DNA of 64,000 nucleotides from positions 14,384,001-14,448,000 of the forward strand of contig OX597816.1 in the NCBI GenBank assembly GCA_951406725.2, read 5' to 3'. This stretch comes from Octopus vulgaris (taxonomy: Eukaryota). Both the position numbers and the translations under genes were made by a program. Below the pieces are notes generated by a model, which saw only the letters and a list, made by a program, of their open reading frames with translations, was not told where the DNA came from and ran no database searches. Shown here piece after piece: positions 40,007 to 52,166 of this stretch; positions within the stretch are counted from its first letter, which is position 1, and every line of letters starts with the position of its first letter.

Positions 40007-40814
40007 GCGAGAGAGAGAGAGAAGAGATTGAATTCTAAGAATCTTGTGTAACTTCTGTACCTCACTGTATAATGTATGTGCGTGTACATATGTACTATAT
40101 ATATATATATGTTGTTGGCGCATTTTTAATTTCTCTAAATTCAATTATTTAATCGTTACAGTTGAAAAGGTCTCAAAATGACCGAAACCGGTACTGAAAT
40201 GTTCTTTATAAAATTATTTTAGCATTTTCTATTTTGACTTGTTTTTTCATATATATATATATATATATATATTAATCAGCCGAAATTCGAGGATGATCCG
40301 GTCCTTGACTGAAGATAAAAGGCTTCGAATGACCCATCCTTGTTTTTTCGTATCGTCTATCTGGATGTTTTGTTGTCCTTTTTTGTATCACCTAATTGTC
40401 CGGATGTTTTGCGTTCTTGTCCCATTTTGTATTTTATTTTATGCATATATATATATATATATATATATATGTGAGTAAGCACATAAATGCAAAACAAGGT
40501 GGAAAATATAGTATTAGAATACTGAAAGTAGATTAATATACTTTTTTTATTAAGGCCGCTAAAGCATCACAAAAAACTGTGACTGGAGTAAAATTATAAT
40601 CAATTTTATTCCATGTAGGAGTCACATGTATTATCTAAAACAGGTTGATTTGCTTTCCATGCTACTTCAAGTTTTGCTGGCCCTTCAGGTTTCTGGAATG
40701 ATCGAATGGAGAGGTCCAGAGCTCCAGATGTCCAAAGGCCTGAATGAGTTGGGCTCCGTTTGGGCCTAGCGAAACTTGAAGAATCACCAAAGCCGAATCA
40801 AAATGTTTTAAATA

Positions 40815-40893
<79 letters not shown>

Positions 40894-41190
40894 TGTGTAG
40901 GCATCAAATTTAATAATGCAAGTCGACACATCTTTTTTATACATGCATAAATACATACAGACAGACAAAACAAGTCATTGAACTTCGACAGGTTATTACA
41001 CTGCACAATAGGTTAGAACGATCTTTGTGAGGAACGTATTTTGTAGAAAGGAATCAATTTGAGATTGCGCATGCTCTAATTGTGCACAGCACCTGTTTCA
41101 TTAAGATAAACACCAACTGATATATAACTACATAATATTATGTATGCATATATATGTGTTTATGCGTGTGTGCATGTACATATATATATA

Positions 41191-41305
41191 TATTCAATTC
41201 AATTCAATTTTTATTGGCTCAAAAAGCAAAAGCAAGGCCATGTAGGGGGACAGGGAGTTATGTACAGGGAGGGTGGTCATACAAAGAGTTCAGGCCATTT
41301 CTGGT
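41191..41305 (-). mobile_element. LINE-like 3' end with (TTGAA)n tail
   Basis: Minus strand ...gagccaataaaaattgaattgaattgaata. Confidence 0.45.
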
Positions 41306-42029
41306 CATATATGTATGTATGTATGTATGTATATACACATGTGTGTGTGGATAAAAACAATGGCTGACTCCATTGCAGCGTTACTCAGAGTTTTAAACAG
41401 AGGCAAATGATATGCGCATCTGATCAGTCAGACGATATTGTATATAAGCACTATGAAGTCTGTTAAAAATATATACATCCCTCACAAAAACACGTACACA
41501 CAAACAAACACACACACACATACACACGCAGAGAGAATAAGGCCTAGTAAGGGAGAGAGTGAGAGTGAAAGACAGTAAGAGTGAGGGTGAGAGAGTGAGA
41601 GAGTGAGTAGGAGAGACAGAGTGGTGTTAGACAAAGAAGTTAATAAATTCTTAGGTAGATAGAAAAGAACGGTGGTAGGTTTATATATAGAAGATGTAGT
41701 CTTGCAGATTGGCAGCGTTTTATATAAATGGCAATAATGCTAAATATTTAAACACAAAGAAATGATTGATGTATCGTGCAGGAACAGAGGTACTAGAAGC
41801 TAGAGGAATAAGAACCACCCCCATATTAACGCACACACATACTCACACATTCTCACATATACTCACACACACACATACTCAATGAGACCGGTCCACAAAG
41901 CTGCCTGGATGGTTACATGTATGTATGTATGTATGTATGCATATATGCATGTGAGTATGCATGTATGTATATATGAACGCATGTATTTATGCTTGTATTG
42001 TTGTGTGTATGTATCTGTGTATGTATGTC

Positions 42030-42097
<68 letters not shown>

Positions 42098-42506
42098 CAT
42101 ATATGTATATATGTATGTATGTATGAATATATGTATTATAACTTCTTAAGTTCACTATGTATTTAGGTATGCATGCATGCATGTATGTATGTATGTATGT
42201 ATGTATGCATGCATGCATGCATGCTTATGTGCTCGTATAACCACCCACGCAGTGAATAGCCTTGGTTATATTAAAGAAATTCTAACTGCAGCTGAAGAAC
42301 TTGTCCGTAACATATTGGAACCAGCGGATTCTTCTAATATTAGATATCATGCTTCGCCTCGCCTTTGATCATGCCAATATGGTGCCGCGGGTGTGTGAGT
42401 TGTTGTAGAAAAGGTTCAGAAGTTAAATTTTCGAATGCTCATTCATGATTTCCTGCAGTCATTGATATTCTTGCTCGGATACAAATAGTCATCCGACATA
42501 TGTATA

Positions 42507-42670
42507 TAGGCGTAGGAGTGGCTGTGTGGTAAGTAGCTTGCTTACGAACCACATGGTTTCGGGTTCAGTCTCACTGCGTGGCACCTTGGACAAGTGTCTT
42601 CTACTATAGCCTCGGGCCGACTAAAGCTTTGTGAGTGGATTTGGTAGACGGAAACTGAAAGAAACCTGTC

Positions 42671-42704
<34 letters not shown>

Positions 42705-42939
42705 TTATATGTGTGTGTATGTGTGTATGTATGTGTGTATGTGTTCTCCACCCCCCAACATCGCTTGACAACCGATGCTGGTGTGTTTATATCCCCGTAA
42801 CTTAGCGATTCGGCAAAAGAGACCTATAGAATAAGTACTAGGCTTAAAAAGAATAAGTCCTGGGGTCAATTCGCTCGACTAAAGGTCATGCTCCAGCATG
42901 GCTGCAGTCAAATGACTGAAACAAGTAAAAGAATAAAAG

Positions 42940-42940
<1 letters not shown>
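42507..42940 (+). mobile_element. SINE family A, full length
   Basis: Matches 224-662 along its length. Confidence 0.9.
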
Positions 42941-42984
<44 letters not shown>

Positions 42985-44577
42985 CACGCACAGTTATCTC
43001 GGGTGACCATTTGTCTCCGAGACAGAACGTCAAGAACTGCAGAAAATTATGAATCAGCATTCGAAAATTTAACTTCTAAATTAACTTCCATAATGTCCTT
43101 TGTATTGTATCAAAATTTCATGCTTTTATTTGTAAGTTAAAAATTGAAATCCATCAGTTACTTTTGGGACACCATGTATTTATAAGCATATATGCCTGTA
43201 TGTATTTATCCGTGGATTTCTGTCTCATTCATATGTTGTTTCCTTCCCCATTAAGCACTTGAATACGCATCATGTCTGTGATATTCACGGTCACTGGCGC
43301 GGAACTAGAGGAGTGGTATTATGGAACGTAAAATATTTGTACTTTAAAAATGCCGAAATTAAGCTGATTCCTGTCTCTATCGCTGATGAGAGGAGTTCCA
43401 TGTTTATTAATTTTTTTCCCGTTATTAGTTTCTATGTTCCAACTTGATTCAGCCACCTTGGACGTCACTAACTTTGTTTTAAGTTGAATAATTAATTAGG
43501 CAGGGATATGCAAAGCAGATTTATAAAACAAGAACTTAATACAATAAAAAATAAACATTGAGGTATTTTGTCACGTATTGCTGTGAATGTGTATTTATAT
43601 TTTATATTTGCAAGATAAGGTGTGGATTTTCTTTCCACTGCCAAACCAATCCTTCTCGTTCTTTCTCTCTAACATTGAACCATTTTCTGTGCATGTATGT
43701 ATGAGTACTTGTGCATGTTTGTGTGTTTGTGTTTGTGTGTTTGTGTCTGTGTGTTTTTTTTACATAAATTTATAAATGGATGTATAGGTACACATGCCTA
43801 AACACAGACGTGCACGCTCGCATTTAGAGATACATAATTATATATTAATACATGCAAACTCATACATACTGACACACACATACACACTTATACATATATC
43901 CATGTGTGTGGAAATCGATCATTTAAATCGATCTCCTAATCCTTCGTTTGATCCGTTTTCTTTCGTATGTGTCCTATCATCATTCGATCGTCGTTTAACA
44001 CATTATCGTAGTCTGAACACTCGTTGATAAGATTCGAAGACCTGGCTCTGGGCCGACTAATAACAGGTAGCTAAATGCTTTTGCTAATTGTTTGTGATGC
44101 CTATCTACTCTTGACTGTCTCATCCTTTGGCCCAGGGGCACATCTGCGACGTCATAGCTGGAGGAGGAGGGTGAAAGTGAGAGAGTAGGAGAGAGAGAGA
44201 GAGAGAGCTGCACCAACTCGCTTTTCAGTTCCTATGTATATCCATTTACCAAGAGACTTACCATCAACAACTTCACCATCACAACCCTCTCAGCTCTACC
44301 CAAAATCCCTTCCATCAATCACAGCCGTCATTAATACCACCGTCACTTTAATTACTGCTACAACAACCATTACAGCAATACAATACCACTACCACAATCA
44401 TCATCACTATCTCATCAGAATCATTACTATGACTATTACCACCATCACCACCATCACCACCACCACAACCACTACCACCACCACCACCACCACCATCACC
44501 ACCGACGAGGTACCACCACCACTACCACCAACATCACCACCGACAACGATACCACCACCACCACCACCACCACCAAC

Positions 44578-44785
44578 ACGTTTAGAAACCGGCTCTTTCT
44601 CTATTGGCAAGAAATCTTGAAATAAAACTGAACAATGTCATACATACATAAATACATACATACATACATACATACATACATACCCTGTCGTTGATGTTGA
44701 AATTCCAATGAAGGAGCGTTGGATCTAGGTTAGAAACCGGCTCTTTATTGGCAAGAAATCTTGAAATAAAACTGGATAATGACAC
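44578..44785 (+). mobile_element. Two tandem 5'-truncated retroposon 3' ends separated by (TACA)n
   Basis: ttagaaaccggctcttt..attggcaagaaatcttgaaataaaactg twice; related to 46045-46130. Confidence 0.7.
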
Positions 44786-44830
44786 ACGTGTTGTTACAAG
44801 TGTCGTCCAACGAGTCCTTCATATCATTAA

Positions 44831-45069
44831 CCCTTTGCCTGTCCAAATCATTTTTCATAACCTAGTCCTGAACGTCCATGCTTGTTTTCAAACTTTTTGG
44901 TTATCCTCTGTTCTATGCGTTCTGAATAGTAATACGAAGCTCTCCTTCCATAAGTCGCAAATTACTCTGTTTGAAAAAAACAAACTGGGAATGTGTGTCA
45001 TATATGATGCGTGGATTCCTGGGGGAGCTGTTTTGTGTATCACATGTGGTACACAGGATAAGCAAAGAG
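44831..45069. mobile_element. piggyBac-like MITE
   Basis: TTAA flanks at 44827-44830 and 45070-45073; TIR ccctttgcctgtcc / ggataagcaaagag. Confidence 0.65.
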
Positions 45070-45639
45070 TTAAAACGACAGGGTGTGATTTGGCTGAGGT
45101 TTGGCTGCTATTTATAACAGATCGAGACCAACCTCGTTGCTACACGAACACTGAATCGTGTACAAATACTAAGGTTTGGTGTGTCACATCCAGACAATAA
45201 TAGCTAAGCAATCTGTCGGCTGTTTATTAAACAGGTTGTGTTAGAAATATAATTATTTATTTTTCTTTCAAGATCCAAGAATATTCTTTTTTTAAATGAC
45301 ATTACGAGAGAGAGAGAGGGGAAGGGAGAGGGAGAAAGAGAGAGAAAGAGAGGGAGTAGTGGGACAGAGGCAACCATCGTAAGTAACTGTCCAAAGCCAC
45401 ATGGCATTAATATATAACAAACAACAAGAAGCTCTGGATTCAAGTTTCGTTTCTTTCAACACGTTCTTTTTACTTTAATTCCCACTTTGCGTTTTTAATG
45501 GTCGCTTTTATATTCTTTATGCTTTAACGTTTATTGATCAAAGACCAAAGACAAAGAGAAAGTCAGACAGAAAGATAGATCGAAAGAAAAACAAACTGAT
45601 AGATAAATAGATAAACAGAAAGAAAAAAAGAAACAAAGA

Positions 45640-45815
45640 TAAGTTTCTTTATTGGCCACACAGGGCTGCACACAGATGGGACAAGTTACAAGGTAGAGCT
45701 TTTCTTTTGGGGGATGAAGAGAACAAAAAACAAAAGAAAAAAAAAGGGGGGGTGGCGTAGGTTTTCGATCAAGAGGGATCGTAAAAGGGAAGAAAAGAAC
45801 AAATACAAAAAAAAG
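45640..45815 (-). mobile_element. LINE-like 3' UTR end in (GATA)n-rich sequence
   Basis: Minus strand ...ttgtcccatctgtgtgcagccctgtgtggccaataaagaaac. Confidence 0.55.
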
Positions 45816-45841
45816 ATAGATAGATAGATATAGATAGATAA

Positions 45842-45908
<67 letters not shown>

Positions 45909-45948
45909 CATGCATGCATACATACATACATACATACATACATACATA

Positions 45949-46130
45949 ATTCGTACATTACATGTCCTATCTGTGAGTGGAACAGTAAAAATATGCAAAA
46001 CTTTTCTAAAGTTCCAAATGTGAATTTTGTCTGTGTTAACTACATCCCAATGATGGAGCCTTATATCTTTGTTGGAAACCGGCTCCCTCCTCAGTAGAAG
46101 ATTTATAATAATTAAAAAATAGAAGGGACA
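45949..46130 (+). mobile_element. RLE-type LINE extreme 3' end flanked by (TACA)n
   Basis: IRTLHVLSVSGTVKICKTFLKFQM* then 3'UTR ending gggaca(TACA)n. Confidence 0.6.
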
Positions 46131-46205
46131 TACATACATGCAGATAAATAGATTAAAAGACAAACTCGCAAAATCGCTAGAGATGGCGAACGAACACTAT
46201 CACTC

Positions 46206-46260
<55 letters not shown>

Positions 46261-46894
46261 TCACACACACACACACACACACATTCACACACATACACAC
46301 TCTCCCTCTCCCTCGCTCTCCATTTCTCACTCTCTTTCTCTCTTTCCCTCTCCCTTTATCTCTCCCTCTCCCTTCTCCCTTCTTCTCTCTCCTACATACA
46401 ACAGAAAGACACACACGCAAACATACACAGATACAGACGCACACACACACCCACACACACAGGTACGCACACACACGAACGCATGCACGCACAAACACCC
46501 GTACACACCTAAAGCCCAGGCAAAAAGCCAAGCGTTTAGTGGAAAACATCGAGGTGATGCTACGATAAACGAAAGCGCCAGGTCCTAATGAAGCTGCTAC
46601 GATGATATGGTATATGCAGCTATGCGTGTATGCTATAAGCCAACCTAACCGACAACCAAACACCATTTTGTACGCCACTGATCTATCTAAAGTGCAATAT
46701 GATACGGCTGCATACCAACCGAGAACAGCAGGTTTAATATACACAGTTGCCCCGTACCATCTCTCTTACTCTCTCTCGCTACCCCCGATATTCTGTTTCT
46801 TTCTCTCTCTGGCTACCCCCGATATTCTGTTTCTTTCTCTCTCTCTCATTTTTGTGATTTATAGTCACACACACACGCAAGTATGTGTAGATAC

Positions 46895-46940
<46 letters not shown>

Positions 46941-47037
46941 ACACATATATATATATACACATATACATACCCGGACATATATACCCTAACCCTATATTTT
47001 TATACATGTGAGGTTTTTATATATGCATGTATAAACA

Positions 47038-47096
<59 letters not shown>

Positions 47097-47166
47097 CATT
47101 ACATAGACATTCCGGCCAATGTAAACCGGATGTTAGATTATGGATTCTAAGAGGACTATACACTCA

Positions 47167-47207
<41 letters not shown>

Positions 47208-47326
47208 TCACTCACACATTCAGGGGGAGAGAAAGGCGCTGAGAGAGAGAGAAAGTTATACAGACAGACATACAGATAGACAGACAACCAGACAGACAGA
47301 CAAACAGATAGCTAGATAGATAGGTG

Positions 47327-47383
<57 letters not shown>

Positions 47384-47804
47384 GTTGGTATTCAACATCA
47401 AGAAAGAGGAGAAAAAATATATCGTTTCCATGTGCGTTCAGACACACGTCGTAAATTTAATAAAGTCCTCACAAGAATGTAGGAATAAAATTATTAAATC
47501 TTTATTATTGGACCAACCACCTCTCCTATCTTTCCCGTCTCCCTCCTATCCTCCTTTCTCTCTCTCTCTCCACTCTCTCCACCTATCTCGATAATTATTA
47601 ATTCTCCTTTCCATTTATGTCATTCTAAGACAAGCATTATAATTTTCTCAAGATTAATTAAGCTGCAACTGTCCTAAAGTGTGTCTCTCTAATTAATGCT
47701 CTTCTCATTAAATCACATCTGTTTCAAATCAAGAATGAACTCCGAAAGTTCCCCAAGAACAAAAGATGGCTGGGATCTAGTTTCCCTATGACACTGTCTC
47801 ACAT

Positions 47805-48035
47805 TTTCTTTTCTTTATTGCCCACAGGGGGCTAAACATAGAGGGGGACAAACAAGGACAGACAAAGGGATTAAGTCGATTACATCGACTCCAGTAAGTC
47901 GATTACATCGACTCCATCGACTCCAGCGTAACTGGTACTTATTTAATCAACCCCGAAAGCATGAAAGGCAAAGTCAACCTCGGCGGAATTTGAACTCAGA
48001 ACGTAACAGCAGACGAAATACCGCTGAGCATTTGC
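47805..48035 (-). mobile_element. SINE B with internal slippage duplication
   Basis: taagtcgattacatcgactcca repeated. Confidence 0.8.
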
Positions 48036-48345
48036 CACGATAACTGCTCATTTTCTTGCAGCTGTTTAGCCATCCGGCCAACCATGACAGATCAAACAAT
48101 TTTCTAACGCCATTTTAGGATTATGCAGGGTCATATTATAAAGATGTTCTACCTTTAAGGAAGCAGTAAGTACCACCTCGTGTTTTAGGACACGTACGGC
48201 TGGCTACTCGATTTCCATGCTGTTTAAATGACCGAGATCACAACTTTCCATCTGAACGGGACACCGGTCTATGATAGAGTTACGCTTTTACCGCTGTGAG
48301 AACTGGAACAACATGAAATGAGGTCGTTTTGTTCAAGAACACAAC

Positions 48346-48461
48346 GCACCTCGGGCAAGTGTCTTCTACTATAGCCTCGGGCCGACCAAAGCCTTGTGAA
48401 TGGATTAGGTAGACGGAAACTGAAAGAAGCCCGTCGTATATATATGTGTGTGTGTGTGTGT

Positions 48462-48535
<74 letters not shown>

Positions 48536-48730
48536 CTGTGTTTGACCCCACCGCCATCGCTTGACAACCGATATTGGCGTGTTTAGGTCCCCGTAAATTT
48601 GCGGTTTTGGTAAAAGATACCGATAGAATAAGTACTAGGCTTACAAAGAATAAGTCCTGGGGTCGATTTGTTCGACTAAGGGCAGTGCTCCAACATGGTC
48701 GCAATCAAATGACTGAAACAAATAAAACAA
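48346..48730 (+). mobile_element. 5'-truncated SINE A, abutting a minus-strand SINE C fragment (48255-48345)
   Basis: gcacctcgggcaagtgtcttctactatagcctcggg...aaatgactgaaaca. Confidence 0.8.
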
Positions 48731-49034
48731 TATATATATATTTGTGAGCGCGAACGTGTGTGTGTGTGAGTTTGATTATATTAAATTGTTAAATTGGAGA
48801 ATAAACTTGTCTGCGATTAATCACAACCCCTCACAAATACATAATTTGATCCCACGGCCCAGAAAAGAAAGCACTCAAAACCCAGTCGAATATTTAAACC
48901 ACTTTGTTATTTGACCGAGTCAGTATTGCGAAAATTCTCGAAAAAAATAAGGCACAAACTTCTCAAACATGTCTCTCTCTCTCACTCACTTTCTTCTGTT
49001 TCAAATTCTCTTATATTGTTGTTGCTGCTGTTGC

Positions 49035-49381
49035 TGTTGAGCGTAGCGGTCTTCGTCCTAGTGGGAGAAGTCCGAAACGTGGTCCTTTGCTAATCGTAAG
49101 ACCCGCAGAAGAGAAAGCAGGTCAATCCCCGATACCGAGAGCATCGACGGATGGATAAATGCGCATCCAAGCTTAGCGGTTGCGTAGGGGACAAGAAACA
49201 GGAAGAAAGAGTAAGTTGGAGCGAAAGTGTACAACAGGGGTCGCCACCACCCCCTGCCGAGGTTCGTGGAGCTTTGGGTATTTTCGCTCAATAACACACA
49301 CACAACGCCCGGTCTGGGAATCGAAACCGCAATCCTCCGACTGCGAGTCTGCTGCCCTAACCATTGGGCCATTGCGCCTCC
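49035..49381 (-). mobile_element. SINE family E head with a distinct tail
   Basis: Minus strand ggaggcgcaatggcccaatggttagggcagcagactcgcag...ggtttcgattcccagacc. Confidence 0.8.
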
Positions 49382-49600
49382 TGTTGCTGCTATTGTCGTT
49401 TTTGATGCTATTTTCGTTGTTGTAGATGATGTCGTTTTAGTTGCTGTTGTTGTTGTTGATGTTGTTGGTATTGTTGTTGTTAATATTGTTATTGTTATTG
49501 ATTTTGTGTAGCCGAGATAAAATTTAGTCGAGCAGAAATATTCTGCACAAGTTTTTGGGTGGCGGGGAGCTTATGTAGCCCAAGTGATCTTGCATTCCAG

Positions 49601-49709
49601 ATAAACCATGCCGTGACATATCTGATGTCCAAACCGAATTCTATGAGACGCTGTAATCAATCGTCTGGACATACTGGTTCTCTCGCCACTGTCCAGTCTA
49701 TTTGTGTAG
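49601..49709 (+). CDS. Putative internal coding exon (109 nt, phase 0/1): INHAVTYLMSKPNSMRRCNQSSGHTGSLATVQSICV
   Basis: Acceptor tcttgcattccag, weak donor AG|gtctgt, open frame, phases fit the neighbouring candidate exons. Confidence 0.5.
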
Positions 49710-49943
49710 GTCTGTTGTCGTTGTTACTGTTGTTGATGTTTACCATACGAAATTATATTCGTCCGCGTGATAGAGAGCTTAATTTGTTTGTCTTTGTATT
49801 GAGTCTGAGGAGCTGTCCGCAAGGCTGTGGCTTTTGTGGATACGAAACCTTTGGTAACTCTATGACCAGGATTTAACTTCTTATTTTAATAATTACTGCT
49901 CTATTCTTTAGAGTGTTCTTCTTTTCTGATATATTTTTTATTG

Positions 49944-49975
<32 letters not shown>

Positions 49976-50011
49976 GACAGATAAATATACATAATCTCGA
50001 TCCCTTGCATT

Positions 50012-50178
50012 ATAAATCGACTTAATCCGTTTGTCTGTCCTTGTTTGTCCTCTCTGTGTTTAGCCCCTTGTGGGTAGTAAAGAAATAGGTATTTCGTCTG
50101 TCTTTACGTTCTGAGTTAAAATTTTTGGGGTCACCCACCTCCAAAATTTCGGGCCTTGTGCCTAGAGTAGAAAAGAAA
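50012..50178 (+). mobile_element. SINE B fragment (tail 1, re-entry, tail 2)
   Basis: ...gtgggtagtaaagaaataggtatttcgtctg...aatttcgggccttgtgcctagagtagaaaag. Confidence 0.75.
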
Positions 50179-51019
50179 CTGGTTATATTTCTACAATGCA
50201 CAAAATATTTAAGCATTTTTAATAATATTTTATCATAAAAATATTTTTTTGTTTTTTTTTTGACATCGAATAGCTATGAGAGTGTTTCCACACCCCAAGC
50301 AAAATAGGTACCAAAGGGGGACCGATAGGCAAACATTGATTGTGAACTGTTTTAGATAAACATGCAGAATCAACCGAAAGCTTCAATACAGTTTCAAAAA
50401 CGTTTTATTGTATTGTACTTCCGAGAAATATTTCATTTTCATTTTCTTAGAAATACAGCGCGATATTTAGTTTCCTTAGTTTTTACTTGGGGCTGAAATC
50501 GCACAGGAGCTGACTTCTTCCATTCTTCTAAGAAATAAAATAAGTTCCAGACATTTATTAGGTCTATTTCATAAGACTATACTCCATTACTTTCCCGGAA
50601 AATTAGCCGTCTTTTAGCAACGGGATCAATCAATATTACATAAGATATTAATGTAAATGACTGATTATAGCAAGAACTAATGTTTGTAGAAGGAAGGAAT
50701 ATATAATATTTTATCTTTAACGTGTTCTTCAGAAATACTCTAAATATTTAATATGGCAAACACTTTTTCCGTGGATTCTTCTTCGATATATCAAACTAGA
50801 ATTAAGTTTACTATTTGTTCTTGTGCTGGTCGTTAAAGATTTATTCAGTAATGCTGCTTATACTATTCAGAAATATAAGAACTTGTAATAATTCATATCA
50901 CCCTTTCTTACAAATCTAAGGCCGTGTATCCTTTTATTTCTCTTCCATCATTAAAGTCCTCAACAAACACGAAAGACATAAAAATGTCATTCTCTTCTTC
51001 TGTATAAACAAATTGTCTA

Positions 51020-51247
51020 CTTTTTAGCATTCAGATTACTCTGTCAAATGTAATACCTAGTAATCTATTCACATTATTTTGAATTAATAATGTATTATCT
51101 CGTAGCTTCGAGATTTCCATAATGTGGCTATTTTTTTTTTTAGAGCGATATTGCAGGGTAGGATTCAGAGGTCGGATCTGGCTGGTTCGAATACGACCAG
51201 GTCGAACATTTGGTCCGGATATGGCCGATTTAAATTACAAAATTAAT
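51020..51247. mobile_element. Possible decayed TTAA-type MITE
   Basis: tttagcattcagattactctgtc...ccggatatggccgatttaaat; recognised from memory as a common octopus repeat, TIRs eroded. Confidence 0.4.
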
Positions 51248-51639
51248 TATCCTAAACTCTTATGAAAAGAAGAGAAGCAAAACAATTAGATATTCAACCA
51301 TTTTTGACCAAATATATCAATCATTTGTTTACCTTCACATAGCTTCTGGTGTCTTTGGAATTGTGCTAAGCTTCTAGAAAGTGGAGTTCGCAATGTGTTT
51401 TCGATTTCCGGTGCAACCATCTTATGTCTCATTTAACACATTATTCGTGTCTCTCTTTCTCTCTCTTCCTCCTTCTCTCTCTCTCTCTGTCTGTAGTTTT
51501 GAAGCTTGAGACTCGTTAATCGCAATGTCTTCCTCTTATTCCTTGGAAATATGGCAGAAGCGAAACCGAAGAGTCAGTCTCCGGCAACGCCGATACGATT
51601 TGGTTTTTATCTAATTTTTATTCTTTTCTATATTCTCAG

Positions 51640-51740
51640 AGATACCAGTACTAGGTGAACTGAGAAAATGTAGAATAACGTGTCCTGCCGTCAGACACAA
51701 CGGACCACCTGCAAGTGGATCTGAACTCCAAAATGTTTGA
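51640..51740 (+). CDS. Putative terminal coding exon (phase 1): (E)IPVLGELRKCRITCPAVRHNGPPASGSELQNV*
   Basis: Branch-like tctaat, long pyrimidine tract, ctcag acceptor; the other two frames close within 20 nt; TGA at 51738-51740. Confidence 0.55.
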
Positions 51741-51934
51741 GCAGGTAGTGCTATAATTTCTCCACTCCAACATTTCACTTGTATTTTGCCAATGTTAGAA
51801 ATCAATATTTGCTTTGCACGTTCTTGTTTCTCGTGATTTCAAAGTCCACCATTTAAGGTTCGTCTTGTGTTTTTTCATGGACGTCGACCAGGCTGAAGAA
51901 AGTGGTCAAGAATGTATGTGTGTGTGCGCAGATC

Positions 51935-51983
<49 letters not shown>

Positions 51984-52129
51984 TATTATTATTATTATTA
52001 GAAAATCGTTTGATTCGGCATGGAGCCAAATCAAACTGTTTTTAATAGCAATAATATATGAAACTCCTAACAAATATTTTTGAGTGTCTCTTTCCTTCGT
52101 TTGTCCACTCACTCTCTCACTCATGTATA

Positions 52130-52166
<37 letters not shown>

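Noticed and set aside
44234-44620. Thr/Pro-rich mucin-like ORF
   Set aside because: (ACC)n microsatellite running into a retroposon tail; no splice support
46602-47150. 182 aa ORF with a unique-looking N-terminus
   Set aside because: No recognisable motif or splice signals; mostly microsatellite plus a 34 bp tandem duplication
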